In this document: positions 1 to 9,893 of the stretch, piece by piece | Position numbering within the stretch: position 1 is the first letter of the stretch | Layout of the letters: the number at the start of each line of letters is the position of its first letter | Assembly: GCA_050633305.1 (NCBI GenBank) | Contig: JBOEGF010000026.1 | Location: 20,600 to 84,599, forward strand | Source: Nannocystales bacterium | GTDB taxonomy: Bacteria > Myxococcota_A > Polyangia > Nannocystales > Nannocystaceae | Direction: 5' to 3' | Length of the DNA stretch: 64,000 nt | The notes under the pieces: generated by a model | What the model was told of the DNA's origin: nothing | Database searches by the model: none | Seen by the model: the letters and a program-made list of their open reading frames with translations, nothing else | Translations under genes and position numbers: made by a program

Positions 1-2180
1 TCTACGCGTTTCCCCTTCACGAACGCGCCGCGGTCGACGACTACTGGATCCACATCGGGGACCGGAGCCTGCACGGGGAGATCCATCGGCGTGCTGATGC
101 GAAGCAGATCTACGAAGAGGCGAAGGCCAACGGACAGCGGGCAGGGCTTCTCGAGCAAGAGCGCCCCAACGTCTTCACGCAGAGCCTCGCGAACATTCTG
201 CCAGGGGAGTCGATCGAGGTGCAGATGCACGTCGTGCAGCCGGTGGCGCTGGAGGCCGGGCGCGGGACGTTGTCGTTGCCCACGGTGGTTGGCCCGCGCT
301 TCATCCCGGGGACGCCGACGGGCCATTCTGGTGTGGGTACCCTCCCGGATACCGACGAGGTCCCGGATGCCTCGAAGATCACACCTCCGGTGTTGGACCC
401 CAAGTCCCGCGGTTGCGCGCCTGTGGTGATCACGGTCGACATCGAGTCGACTCATTCCATCGGGGGCCTGTCCTCCGCCAACCATTCGATCTCGAGCAAC
501 ACGGGAAACGGTGTGACCACTGTGGAGCTGAGCGCGGGCGCGACCGTGGCGAACCGGGACTTCGAGCTCTCCTGGATGCTGGGCGGCGAGACAACCGAGG
601 CGGGTTTGATGACCCAGCCCGAGGATGGCGGGGGTGGGGCGTTCACACTGACTCTCGTTCCTCCGACGTCCTTGGATGCCGACGAGGCCGTCCCGCGGGA
701 CCTCATCTTCGTCGTCGACAACTCGGGTTCGATGGGCGGGAAGCCGATGGATACCGCCAAGGCGGTCATGCGAGAGGCGATTCGCTCGATGGGCCCGGAC
801 GACCGGTTTTCCGTGCTGCGGTTCTCTGAGAGCGCCAGCAAGCTGAGCCCCGGGCTGTTGAACAACACCGCAGGGAACCGCCGCAAGGGTCTCGACTACG
901 TCGACGGTATGCGGGGCATGGGCGGGACTCACATGCGGGCTGGGATCGAGGCCGCCCTCGCGCTGGCGCAGTCGAGCGATCGGGTCCCGATGGTGCTGCT
1001 CCTCACCGATGGCTACATCGGAAACGAGGCGGCCATCTTCGAACTGGCCGACGAACACCTCGGGCACGCACGGATCTTCGGGCTCGGTGTTGGACAGGCT
1101 CCGAATCGATTCCTTCTCGGAGGGCTCTCCACCGTGGGCCGTGGTGCGGTCAGCTACGTCGGGGCCTCGGAGAGTGTTGAGCAGGTTGTCGACCGCTTCT
1201 ATCGGCGTATCGCATCACCGGCGCTGCGCGACATCTCGATCGATTGGGGGACCCTGCCGGTCGAGGACGTGGCGCCGCAACGGATTCCAGACCTGTTCGT
1301 TGGACAACCGGTCGTGGTCTTCGGCCGATACGCAAGCGAGGGATCCGGCACGGTTGTCGTCGAGGGGTGGCAGGGCGGTCGCAAAGCTCGGTTCGAGGTC
1401 GAGGTCGATCTCGCGAAGGGCTCATCGGGCACAGGACTCCGCTCCATGTGGGCCCGGACGCGCATCGAAGAGTTGCTGCGTGACCCTGAGGTCTTCCGGC
1501 TCGACTCGGCCGCGCGGGACCGCCGGACCGAAGCCGCGACCGAGATAGCGCTGGCGTACCGTGTGTTGACCGAACACACAGCCTTCGTCGCGGTCGACAA
1601 AGATGTCGCGACCAAGGACCCGGCCAAGACTGTGGCGGTTCAGGTGGAGCCGGTCAGCGGAATGGCAGCTCGCCAAAGCGGTTCACTTGGGCTGGTGGGA
1701 GCAGGTCGCGGAGGCGGTGGCGTCGGGCAGGGCACCATCGGGTTGGGAAACACCGGCCTGGTCGGAAAAGGCGCTGGAGGCGGCTCGGGCTCAGGATACG
1801 GACGTGGTACCGGCGCTGGGTTCGGGGGCCGCGGCAAGCGCGTACCTCGAGTGAGACATGCCAAGGCTCAGGTGACGGGCTCGTTGGACGGCAACGTGAT
1901 TCGCCGGGTCGTCCGCGCGCACAACAACACGTTGCGCGCCTGCTACGAGCCGGTGCTGAAAGCCGATCCGAACGCTTCCTTCAAGGTCACGATCGGATTC
2001 ACGATCGACAGCGAAGGCCGTGTGAAGGCGTCGCTGACGTGGTCGACCGAGCCGGCCAGCGACGCCGAGAAGGCGTTCGGCGCTTGTCTCGAGACGGCAC
2101 TTGAACGGATCCGTTTCCCGAAACCTGCGGGAGGAGGGACGGTGACGGTGCGCTACCCCTTGGTCTTCGCGCCGGGTTGA
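1..2180 (+). CDS. VIT + VWA domain protein with Gly-rich linker and C-terminal AgmX/PglI (TonB_C-like) domain; 5' truncated by window edge
   Basis: Frame is open from position 3 (YAFPLHERAAVDDY...AGLLEQERPNVFTQSLANILPG = VIT). VWA MIDAS FVVDNSGSMGG and LLTDG. GTIGLGNTGLVGKG...GYG linker, then IRRVVRAH...CYE...FTIDSEGRV...FPKPAGGGTVTVRYPLVF. Confidence 0.85.
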   Translation, partial: YAFPLHERAAVDDYWIHIGDRSLHGEIHRRADAKQIYEEAKANGQRAGLLEQERPNVFTQSLANILPGESIEVQMHVVQPVALEAGRGTLSLPTVVGPRFIPGTPTGHSGVGTLPDTDEVPDASKITPPVLDPKSRGCAPVVITVDIESTHSIGGLSSANHSISSNTGNGVTTVELSAGATVANRDFELSWMLGGETTEAGLMTQPEDGGGGAFTLTLVPPTSLDADEAVPRDLIFVVDNSGSMGGKPMDTAKAVMREAIRSMGPDDRFSVLRFSESASKLSPGLLNNTAGNRRKGLDYVDGMRGMGGTHMRAGIEAALALAQSSDRVPMVLLLTDGYIGNEAAIFELADEHLGHARIFGLGVGQAPNRFLLGGLSTVGRGAVSYVGASESVEQVVDRFYRRIASPALRDISIDWGTLPVEDVAPQRIPDLFVGQPVVVFGRYASEGSGTVVVEGWQGGRKARFEVEVDLAKGSSGTGLRSMWARTRIEELLRDPEVFRLDSAARDRRTEAATEIALAYRVLTEHTAFVAVDKDVATKDPAKTVAVQVEPVSGMAARQSGSLGLVGAGRGGGGVGQGTIGLGNTGLVGKGAGGGSGSGYGRGTGAGFGGRGKRVPRVRHAKAQVTGSLDGNVIRRVVRAHNNTLRACYEPVLKADPNASFKVTIGFTIDSEGRVKASLTWSTEPASDAEKAFGACLETALERIRFPKPAGGGTVTVRYPLVFAPG

Positions 2181-2215
2181 TCCGCATGGGGTCGGAGTAG
2201 CAAGATGCCGCTCCG

Positions 2216-2956
2216 ATGGTCCGTACGCCAGCTTGGGTCACTGACCGCCCCGTTGCTCATCGTGGGTTGCACGATGAGCAGCGTCCGGAGAACTCGCTCG
2301 CAGCGTTCGAGGCGGCCGTTGATGCCGGTTTGCCGCTCGAGCTCGACGTTCATCCGAGTCTCGACGCCGAGGCCGTCGTGTTTCATGACGAGTCGCTCTT
2401 GCGGATGACCGCCACACAAGGGGATGTCCGGGAATGGCCGTGGCACCGACTTCGCGAGCTCCACCTCGGAGGGACGAGCGAACGGGTTCCGAGCTTGGCC
2501 CAGGTCCTGCGGATGGTGGATGGACGGGTTCCGGTCGTGGTGGAGGTGAAGAACAGCGGTGCGGTTGGAGTGATCGAACGGGCCACCGCGCGGGTCCTCG
2601 ACGTCTACACGGGCCCGGTGGCGGTTCAGTCGTTCAATCCGCTCTCCATGGCCTGGTTTCGGCGCGAGTGCCCCGAGATCCCGCGAGGGTTGCTGGCCGG
2701 AGACATGGCCGAAAGCGACTTCGGGCTGGCCAAGCGGGTGTTGCTGCAACGGATGCTCTTGGCGCCGCACGTGCGACCGGCCTACGTTGGCTACGACCTG
2801 CAGGCTCTTCCCGAACCTTCTGCCTCGTTGCTGCGCCGCTTGGGGGTTCCACTGCTGGCGTGGACGGTGCGCACCCGCGAGGAGCAAACTCGGGCCCTTC
2901 AGCTCGCCGACAACTACATCTTCGAGTTCGTCGAGCCGATCGCCGTTCGGCGTTGA
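2216..2956 (+). CDS. Glycerophosphodiester phosphodiesterase family protein
   Basis: AHRG...PENSLAAF, ELDVH, VFHD, VEVK, QSF and WTV motifs of the GDPD family. Confidence 0.92.
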   Translation: MVRTPAWVTDRPVAHRGLHDEQRPENSLAAFEAAVDAGLPLELDVHPSLDAEAVVFHDESLLRMTATQGDVREWPWHRLRELHLGGTSERVPSLAQVLRMVDGRVPVVVEVKNSGAVGVIERATARVLDVYTGPVAVQSFNPLSMAWFRRECPEIPRGLLAGDMAESDFGLAKRVLLQRMLLAPHVRPAYVGYDLQALPEPSASLLRRLGVPLLAWTVRTREEQTRALQLADNYIFEFVEPIAVRR

Positions 2957-3017
2957 ACATCAGGAGCGTGTTCAGCGAGGCGAAGTCGACGAACACGGCG
3001 CTGAGCAAACGCCTGCA

Positions 3018-3719
3018 CTACCGGCGGCTCGGACTTCCGCGGCCTTCGAGAAGCGCAAGAATGGTCGCAGCGACTCCCTTCGCGAGATTCTTGTAGCCGA
3101 CGGCAACGCCGGGGTCGGCGTATGGAAGGTGGAGGAAGTATGCCTCGGACAGCGTCTTGTTCGCGGCTCGGCTCCGGCGCACGGCTTGCAACGCGAGTGA
3201 GTTGGTCTCGTTGCAGATGTAGCTGTTTTCCCGGCGCGGCTTGGCCCGGAGGATCTTGAAGCCGGCGTAGGTTTTGTTCTCGATGCGCTTGATGTTGACC
3301 GAGATGGGGTCGACGAGGTCGAGTGCCGTGGCGCCCCCCGTCGTGGACGAGCTCGGCAGGGCTCCGCTCGCGTCAGTCCCCTGTCTGAGGTCGATTGCGC
3401 CGTGTTCGACCTTGATGACGTCGTAGACATTGCCGTACACACCGAGGCCCAAGTGGATTGCGACGTCGTAGGTGTCGTACTTCTTGATCGTCGTGAACGT
3501 TCGCCACGTCGTGGGGAGGGTGAGGAACGTCCAATCGAACTCCGTGCGAAGGCGAAGGACGGACGGGAGGAACCCTCCGAAGGAGGTCGGCCGCGCGGAA
3601 GACTCCGCTCCGACCATGAGTCGGCAGCTTGGATTGGCGCTGCACTTCCACACGTTCGCAGGGGTACCCAGGTTCTCCCAATCGTTGAATCCAGTGACCA
3701 GAATCCGGGGCTTGACCAT
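3018..3719 (-). CDS. Pyroglutamyl-peptidase I-like (peptidase C15) protein
   Basis: Likely start MVKPRILVTGF at 3719. IHLGL, VE(catalytic)HGA, YIC(catalytic)NE and FLH(catalytic)LP match the C15 triad layout. Confidence 0.7.
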   Translation of the reverse strand: MVKPRILVTGFNDWENLGTPANVWKCSANPSCRLMVGAESSARPTSFGGFLPSVLRLRTEFDWTFLTLPTTWRTFTTIKKYDTYDVAIHLGLGVYGNVYDVIKVEHGAIDLRQGTDASGALPSSSTTGGATALDLVDPISVNIKRIENKTYAGFKILRAKPRRENSYICNETNSLALQAVRRSRAANKTLSEAYFLHLPYADPGVAVGYKNLAKGVAATILALLEGRGSPSRR

Positions 3720-3993
3720 GTCTGACTCTAACCGATGGGTCCACGGACGCGAATCAGATCGGTGTAGGAATCCATCACAGCAGAGCATGGGAACATCGGA
3801 ATGAATGGCGCGAGCCGCACCCGACTCGAAACCCTCTTGTTGCCCGAATTCACCATCTCTTGCGGGCCCATTCCCAGGTGGTTCTCCGGGGAGGAGGCCG
3901 ATACGCCGACAAAGAACAGGACGGTCGCTCGGGAGGAGGTCGGCCCGGGGGCCCAGCACTCGTCACGGTTCTTTTTCCTTTCTCTGTTGAACC

Positions 3994-4026
3994 AAAGGAA
4001 AACGCCGGCCGCGAAGCGCCCGGCGT
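3994..4026 (-). terminator. Probable intrinsic terminator of the GH25 gene
   Basis: Minus-strand hairpin ACGCCGG-GCGCTTCGCGG-CCGGCGT followed by TTTCCTTT, about 20 nt past the stop at 4047. Confidence 0.6.
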
Positions 4027-4046
4027 CCGGAGATGACAACTCGCGA

Positions 4047-5489
4047 TCAGTGCCGCCGTCGCCGGCCCCACAAGCCGAAGAGCAGCATGCCTGCGAAGAA
4101 GACCCCGCCGCTACGACGGCCGCCAACACTGCACCCTTCTTCGTAGTCTCGGTTGTTGGTGATGCGTGATTGGCCGCCGTGGACCGCTTCACCGCAGTCG
4201 TCTCCATCCACCTCGACGCCCTCGGGGACGAGACGAATCGCGTCGAACTGCAACTGCTGGCCGGAGCTGCTCTGCTTGTCAGAGAGACGGACGTGCTGGT
4301 CGCCGCCTTCGTCGAACTCGAAGGAGCCCAGCGAGATCCAGCCGCCGTCCTTCTGGTCGACCGAGGTGGTGTCGTTGCCATCGGCGGACCTGACCTCGTA
4401 CTCAGCCGAGCTGACCGATGTGTGGTCCGGGTCGATGTGGACTTGGATATTGTAGCTACCAGCTTCCGCGAAGTTGAGCGACCAAAGTCCGAAGTTGTAT
4501 TCGGACCCGGTCGTTGTGCGGGTCCAGGAGAGGTCACCGCCATGTCCGGCGTTCTCGTCGCGCCAATACTGTGCCGGCCCGTGGAGTGCGAAGCAGTCTT
4601 CCCCGTTATCGATGATGGTCGCGTCGTCGGAAGCGATGCTGCCACACCCGACATCGTCATCATCGGGTTCGCCGACGGGCGCGCCGGCAGGGCGAAGCGC
4701 AAGCAGCATCTCCATCGTTCCGTTGAACTGGTTGGTATCGACGCCGCCGTTGACGCCTGCGGTGGTGCCACTGTCCGTGAACTGCCAGAAATCCCAATCT
4801 GCCCACTGACTGGGGATGTTGGGGCAGTTGTTTGTGTAGTGAGCGAGCCAGAACGGGTGGTCACTCCACTCCGAAGACCCCACGTAATCACGCCAGAAGT
4901 ACCGGCCCGAGTAGATGACTGGCTCGAGTCCGAAGTCCTCGACGCGGTCGATCCACGTGCGGATGGCCGTGGTCATCTGGGCCTGGCTCCACCCGGACGG
5001 ACGGTGCTCGACGTCGATGACCGGGGGCAGGTCCATCTCGGTGATCGGGCATGTGTGCGCGTCCATGTCGCAACCGATCTTCTCCAGGAGATAGTCGGCC
5101 TGGCCGAGGACGGACTGGTTGGGTCGGAAGAACTGGTAGGCACCTGTGTAGATGCCTTCGGCTCGGGACTCCTCCCAGTTGTCGTCGAAGTACTGGTCTT
5201 GCGTGTTGATGCCGTCCGACACCCGGACGAACGCGAACTTCACGTTGTCGGCCGCGACCTGGTTCCAGTCGACGTCGCCTTGCCACTTGGAGATGTCGAT
5301 GCCCTTGAGCGTCGTGCCATCTGCGCAGACGACCTCTGGAGATGGGGGGGCGTCTGGGTCCTCCATCGGCTCGCTGAGGCGAAGTCCGTCGCCCATCTCG
5401 GCGTCTTGTGGAGGTTGCGGCGTGTTGTCAGAACCGAGACCGGCGGGTCCAACAATCAAGACGAGAGCTGCGAGCGTGGTCATCAACAT
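4047..5489 (-). CDS. GH25 lysozyme (muramidase) with golvesin/CBM-like domain and MYXO-CTERM sorting tail
   Basis: Signal peptide. GIDISKWQG, GAYQFF, PPVIDVE, WLAHY, FWQFT and VDTN are GH25 motifs. WISLGSFEF...QFDAIRL beta-sandwich. Tail GCSVGG...hydrophobic...RRRRH. Confidence 0.9.
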   Translation of the reverse strand: MLMTTLAALVLIVGPAGLGSDNTPQPPQDAEMGDGLRLSEPMEDPDAPPSPEVVCADGTTLKGIDISKWQGDVDWNQVAADNVKFAFVRVSDGINTQDQYFDDNWEESRAEGIYTGAYQFFRPNQSVLGQADYLLEKIGCDMDAHTCPITEMDLPPVIDVEHRPSGWSQAQMTTAIRTWIDRVEDFGLEPVIYSGRYFWRDYVGSSEWSDHPFWLAHYTNNCPNIPSQWADWDFWQFTDSGTTAGVNGGVDTNQFNGTMEMLLALRPAGAPVGEPDDDDVGCGSIASDDATIIDNGEDCFALHGPAQYWRDENAGHGGDLSWTRTTTGSEYNFGLWSLNFAEAGSYNIQVHIDPDHTSVSSAEYEVRSADGNDTTSVDQKDGGWISLGSFEFDEGGDQHVRLSDKQSSSGQQLQFDAIRLVPEGVEVDGDDCGEAVHGGQSRITNNRDYEEGCSVGGRRSGGVFFAGMLLFGLWGRRRRH

Positions 5490-5631
5490 GGGCGCTGCCT
5501 TGAATGTGGGCAGGCGCGGCTTGAAGGTTCCCGACCGTACAGAAATCGACCTTGAAGCGGCACAGCTGGTGGAATCCGGCGGTTCGCCTTTTGCATGTAG
5601 CAGGTGAGACTACATGTAGTCTTGCGGTGCC

Positions 5632-6792
5632 CTAGCCGTGCGGGGACGTGCCGAAGCTGCGCGTGTCGTGGGTCCGGCGTCGGGCGCTGATCTCAGAGGA
5701 CCCGAGATCACGCTCGCCTCGAACAAGCTGCGCATGTCGGTACAGATTCACCGTCGTGCAGATGTGCTCGGGGATGAGAGCCACCAGATCTCCGAGTGCG
5801 AGCGTATCCGGCTCGACCCGGCACGGGCGATGCTCTTCGCTCGCCATCTCGGCCGCCAGCGAAGGGCAACCAACGGCGACGCATGCCGGCGGTGAACAGT
5901 CGGGGTTGAGCCCCTTGCTGCCCGCGTCCAACGTGATGCGCCCGGGGCCGGGCGTGGCGATGACGCGACTGAGCACGAACGCAGCTTGCTGCAAGGACAG
6001 CAGTTCGGCCGCCGGGGCACTGCGAAGGTCGCTCAGCACCAGCGTCCCTGGGGAGACCTGGTGCTGCCACGGGCCTTCGCGAAGCGAGGCATGACCCAAC
6101 GCGTGGTGGAAGGCGTGGGTTCCCGAGGTGACGACCCATTGCACGGCGAATGGGACGGAGGCGGCCAGTGCTACGAGCTGCTCATAACCCCGTGTCGCGT
6201 CCTCGAGTTGCGACCAAGCGATGTGACCCTCGTAGCCATGGAGCCCCACCAGGTCGACGTTGCTGGCGGATGGTGAGGCTTCGGCCCATCGGGAGGCATC
6301 GGTTCCCGTCCTTGCCATGCCGACGTCGACGTCGAGGAGCGCGGAGAGCCGGGTCGGCGCTGAGGTCAGCGCCGAATCGAGTTGACGCAGGTGCTCGGGG
6401 CTGTCGGCGAGCAGCCGAACGTGGCAGTGCACGAACTGCGCTGCGAGCCGAGCCGCGGATTGGACCGCCGCAGCATGGAGCGGATACGCGAGCAGCACGT
6501 CGATCGGGGTAGACCCCGCGGTCCGCAGCGTCATCTCGAGCTCATCCAAGGTTGCGCATTTGAACGAGGTGACCCCCTCGGCCAGCAGCGCCCGGACGAT
6601 TTCCGGGTGCTTGTGCGTCTTGACGTGGGGCCGCCAGCGGGCCGCCCCTGCGAAGGAGACCATCGCCTGGATGTTGTGCGCGACAGCATCGAGTTCGAAC
6701 ACGAGGGCAGGGGTGATCAGCGAGTCGAGCCGAGGGGCCAACGCGCGAAGAACGGCCTCAACCCGGGGGGAGGACTCGGAGGACGCGGACAT
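5632..6792 (-). CDS. D-threonine aldolase / D-serine deaminase-like PLP enzyme (fold III)
   Basis: TPALV, WRPHVKTHK (PLP lysine), DVDVGMARTG, GYEGH, LDAGSK, SEEH, PEHICTTVNL. Confidence 0.88.
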   Translation of the reverse strand: MSASSESSPRVEAVLRALAPRLDSLITPALVFELDAVAHNIQAMVSFAGAARWRPHVKTHKHPEIVRALLAEGVTSFKCATLDELEMTLRTAGSTPIDVLLAYPLHAAAVQSAARLAAQFVHCHVRLLADSPEHLRQLDSALTSAPTRLSALLDVDVGMARTGTDASRWAEASPSASNVDLVGLHGYEGHIAWSQLEDATRGYEQLVALAASVPFAVQWVVTSGTHAFHHALGHASLREGPWQHQVSPGTLVLSDLRSAPAAELLSLQQAAFVLSRVIATPGPGRITLDAGSKGLNPDCSPPACVAVGCPSLAAEMASEEHRPCRVEPDTLALGDLVALIPEHICTTVNLYRHAQLVRGERDLGSSEISARRRTHDTRSFGTSPHG

Positions 6793-6843
6793 CGAGTCGA
6801 GTGTACGGCCGAACGCGCCTCGGGGCGCGGGACTGAGGGTCGT

Positions 6844-7965
6844 TCAGCTGTCCGTGCAGAAGTCTCGCTTCAGTGCCTGGCGCGCCCGGGAGACGCGGAC
6901 TGAAGCGTTTTTCTCGCTGATCGCCAATCGCTCTCCGATCTCCCGATAGGACGACCCGGCGAGCCGCATCTCCAGTGCAAGTCGGAGTCTCACAGGCAGC
7001 TGCTCGATGGCATTGGCCAGCGCTCTGCGCCGGCGGGCCTGGTCGAGCAACTCGCCTGGCTCGGGTGCGTCGTCGATCCACACGCTCTCGGGCTCGAGAA
7101 CGACCTTCCGTTCTCGGAAGGTGATTGCGCGGTACCTCGCGATGCGAAGCACGTACGAGCGGACCGAGCAATCCCCGCGGTGAGCGGGAAGCGCTTTCCA
7201 CAACGCGAGCCGAATCTCTTGGGTGAGGTCGGCCTGCTCCGCCGGGGCCGCGAATCTCCGCACGATCGCGCGGATCGCCCGCTTGTTGTCCTCGAGGGCC
7301 TGTTCGTATTCGCGGAGGCGAGTTCGTTCTTCGGTGCTCTGGGGAGGTTCGGAGCGTCTGTCCGGCTTGGGGAGCGCGGGGACCGGGAGCTTGTCGCGGT
7401 AGGAGCCCGCGGCTTGCGTTCGGAGGCCCGCGTCGACACGGCCCACCAGAGCCACAAGCGCTTCGAATCGCTCGCTCCAAGGCCGAGTGTCGAAGAGCAT
7501 CGCGCGCACGGCCGTTGTCGCCGGCTCCAACTCGGGGCCGGCCGGTTCGGACGGATCGTCGAGGAGCTCTTCTGCCTGCCGCAGCCAACGCCAAACCTCC
7601 CCGGCGATCCCGATGCTCGACACATAGACAGAGCCGGACTGCGAAGCGATGAGCTGCCTCCACCACCCTCCGCGAGGTGTGTCTGAGAAGCGATGCGCGT
7701 GGGCTTGGGCGTGTTCGAGCTCCGAGAGGAGCGCGCGCGTGTCCGAGGCGAACAGGCGTTGTGCGGCAGACAGATGGGGAGGCAGGTGCGCGCAACCCCG
7801 GTGTTGAGCAACGTCGCCGGCCGCCCGAGTCTGCGAGCGCAAAGCCGCGGCCGCGCGAACGAGGCGGAGCCCGTTCAACAGCGGCGCGACGAGTCCCAGT
7901 GGGAAGCACGCTGCGAGACCTGCCGCTGCAAGAGCGGTGAAGAACAAAGCCGCGCCCATGGACAT
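6844..7965 (-). CDS. ECF-type RNA polymerase sigma factor with long N-terminal extension
   Basis: C-terminal half has region 2 (ADLTQEIRLALWK...SYVLRIARY) and region 4 (LPVRLR...GSSYREIGERLAISEKNASVRVSRARQAL). About 200 extra N-terminal residues begin with a hydrophobic segment. Confidence 0.75.
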   Translation of the reverse strand: MSMGAALFFTALAAAGLAACFPLGLVAPLLNGLRLVRAAAALRSQTRAAGDVAQHRGCAHLPPHLSAAQRLFASDTRALLSELEHAQAHAHRFSDTPRGGWWRQLIASQSGSVYVSSIGIAGEVWRWLRQAEELLDDPSEPAGPELEPATTAVRAMLFDTRPWSERFEALVALVGRVDAGLRTQAAGSYRDKLPVPALPKPDRRSEPPQSTEERTRLREYEQALEDNKRAIRAIVRRFAAPAEQADLTQEIRLALWKALPAHRGDCSVRSYVLRIARYRAITFRERKVVLEPESVWIDDAPEPGELLDQARRRRALANAIEQLPVRLRLALEMRLAGSSYREIGERLAISEKNASVRVSRARQALKRDFCTDS

Positions 7966-8084
7966 ACCGTACCAAGCCGACCTGATTCCCTACACATCGA
8001 GCGGATCAAGTCGCGGACCTCAGTGTGCGCCTGGTCGTTGGCCACCCGATGTTGGGTTCTGCGGCGTGACGGGACCTCCCCACA

Positions 8085-8582
8085 GTGATCCCACGAATGC
8101 GCTCGCGTACATCCGTGCTCGTCGCCGTGACCCTCGTCCTGATCGGAGTCGCCCGACTGACGACCGACACGTTGCACGAGTTCGACGCCGAATACTGGCG
8201 AGCGGTGCAGGGGTTGTGGGTTCGCTACCTGATCCGCGCGCCGTCGGATGGCTCGCTGGCGGGAAACCTGAACGCGCAGTGGTTCAAGGTCCTCTCGATT
8301 CCAGCCGGCATTTCTCTGATCTTCCTGCGCAACAAGTTCGGCGCGAGCAACCCCGCGGCCGCGCAGGAGGAGTTCCGCGACTGGGCCGTTCGCGGCGTTT
8401 GGATCGGAGTCTTCCTCGCCGGGTTCACGTTTCTCGAGCTGCAGAAGCAGTTCGGCGGACTCGTGCTCGTGGAGGGCGAGGACGCGGCGCGAAACCACTT
8501 CGCGCATGGGCTCAGTGCCGTGCTTGCGTGGGTCCTCAGTGGGGCGTTCACGTTTGAGTCGCGCGCTCTAGGGACCCCCTAG
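8085..8582 (+). CDS. Hypothetical membrane protein (about 4 TM)
   Basis: 165-aa ORF with GC-rich third positions and several hydrophobic helices; fills the gap between neighbours. Confidence 0.65.
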   Translation: MIPRMRSRTSVLVAVTLVLIGVARLTTDTLHEFDAEYWRAVQGLWVRYLIRAPSDGSLAGNLNAQWFKVLSIPAGISLIFLRNKFGASNPAAAQEEFRDWAVRGVWIGVFLAGFTFLELQKQFGGLVLVEGEDAARNHFAHGLSAVLAWVLSGAFTFESRALGTP

Positions 8583-9229
8583 GCCGCTCTCGCGCTCTGA
8601 GTACCGGCGGGCTCGTTGCCGCGGAACTCGGTCATTGTGGCCTGCCCTTCCTGCGTAATGCCGTCGCGACGCAGCGTGACGACGACCGTCTCCAGCAGGA
8701 TCTGCAGGTCGAGCAGCGCGCCGACGCTTTGCGCGTAGACCACGTCCAGCTCGAGCCGTTCGCTCCAGCCCAGGGCATTTCGACCTCGGACTTGAGCGAG
8801 CCCGGTGATGCCGGGGCGCACGTCGTGGCGTCGTGCTTGTCGGTGGTTGTACCGAGGGACGTACCGAAGGTGGAGCGGCCGGGGACCGATCAGACTCATC
8901 TCTCCCCGCAAGACGTTCAGTAGCTCGGGAAGCTCGTCGAGGCTCGTGCTGCGAAGCCACCGGCCAAAGTCGGTCATCCGCTGCGCGTCGGGCAGAAGCT
9001 CACCGTCGGCGCCGCGTCCATCCGTCATCGTCCGAAACTTCAGGATCGAGAACGGCTCGCCATTTCGCCCCGCACGTCGCTGGCGGAACAGCACGGGGCG
9101 GCCAAGCTTGACCGCGACTGCCGCGGCGACGGCACCCAGAACGGGAGCGGCGATGGCAAGCCCTGCTGAGGCCAGCGCAACGTCGGCACTGCGTTTGAGC
9201 CATCGTGCGTAGACACCCATCGCATCCAC
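8579..9229 (-). CDS. Bacterial sugar transferase (undecaprenyl-phosphate phosphoglycosyl transferase, PglC-like)
   Basis: KR..D, KFRTM, RSTSLDELPELLNVLRGEMSLIGPRP, RPGITGLAQVRGRN, LDVVY. Confidence 0.93.
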   Translation of the reverse strand: MDAMGVYARWLKRSADVALASAGLAIAAPVLGAVAAAVAVKLGRPVLFRQRRAGRNGEPFSILKFRTMTDGRGADGELLPDAQRMTDFGRWLRSTSLDELPELLNVLRGEMSLIGPRPLHLRYVPRYNHRQARRHDVRPGITGLAQVRGRNALGWSERLELDVVYAQSVGALLDLQILLETVVVTLRRDGITQEGQATMTEFRGNEPAGTQSARAA

Positions 9230-9290
9230 TCATGCGGCGTGCGGTCGAGGTCCGCCAGCGCCGAAGCGGCCCACGTTGGACCCCCTGGGT

Positions 9291-9893
9291 CTAGTCGGAG
9301 GAGGTGCGACGCCCAAATCGCCCGAGCCACTCCTTGCCCTCGCGGCCCGGGTTGCTCGTCTGCACCGGGACGATGGAGATGGGCTCGAGGAACGGCTCGA
9401 CCAGGTTGGTGACGAGCTCGGGCGTCATCGGATAGGGCGGTCCGTCTTCCGGATCAGCATCGGGGACCACGGGGAAGATGAGCGCGGCGAGCTGGCCCTG
9501 GGTTGGGTGCAGCAGCCGGTCGATCATCTTCGCCCACGAAGGCCGAAGCTCCGGAGGGAGGGCACACAGGAAGGTGTAGTCCCACACGAGCTCAAAGGGG
9601 GCTTCGGGGGTGTACGCAAACGCGTCTGCGACGACGAACTCGACCTGCTCGCGGTGCGGGTGGGTTTCGGCGAGCGTGTCGAAGCGCGTCTTGGCGACCG
9701 GCGCCAGGTCGAGCCCGACGACCGACCGGGTTGGGCCGGCCAGGGTCAACACGTCGTACCCACTGCCGGCGCCTGGCACGACTGCGCGACCCTGCGGAAG
9801 ACCCCCCGCTTCGACCAGCGACCGCAGAACTGGGGCCGAGGTTCCGAGGTCCCAGGGTGTTCGTCCCTCTTCCCATGCTGATTGCCAGGTCAC
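9291..9893 (-). CDS. Thiopurine/halide S-methyltransferase-like SAM-dependent methyltransferase
   Basis: W...WEEGRTPWD, VPGAGSGYD, DAF, WDYTFLCALPP..R..W, GPPY. GTG start at 9893 overlaps the upstream TGA (GTGA). Confidence 0.88.
   Translation of the reverse strand: MTWQSAWEEGRTPWDLGTSAPVLRSLVEAGGLPQGRAVVPGAGSGYDVLTLAGPTRSVVGLDLAPVAKTRFDTLAETHPHREQVEFVVADAFAYTPEAPFELVWDYTFLCALPPELRPSWAKMIDRLLHPTQGQLAALIFPVVPDADPEDGPPYPMTPELVTNLVEPFLEPISIVPVQTSNPGREGKEWLGRFGRRTSSD

Noticed and set aside
8579..9229. Polysaccharide biosynthesis cluster around the sugar transferase
   Set aside because: No glycosyltransferase, flippase or polymerase genes are nearby; it appears orphan.
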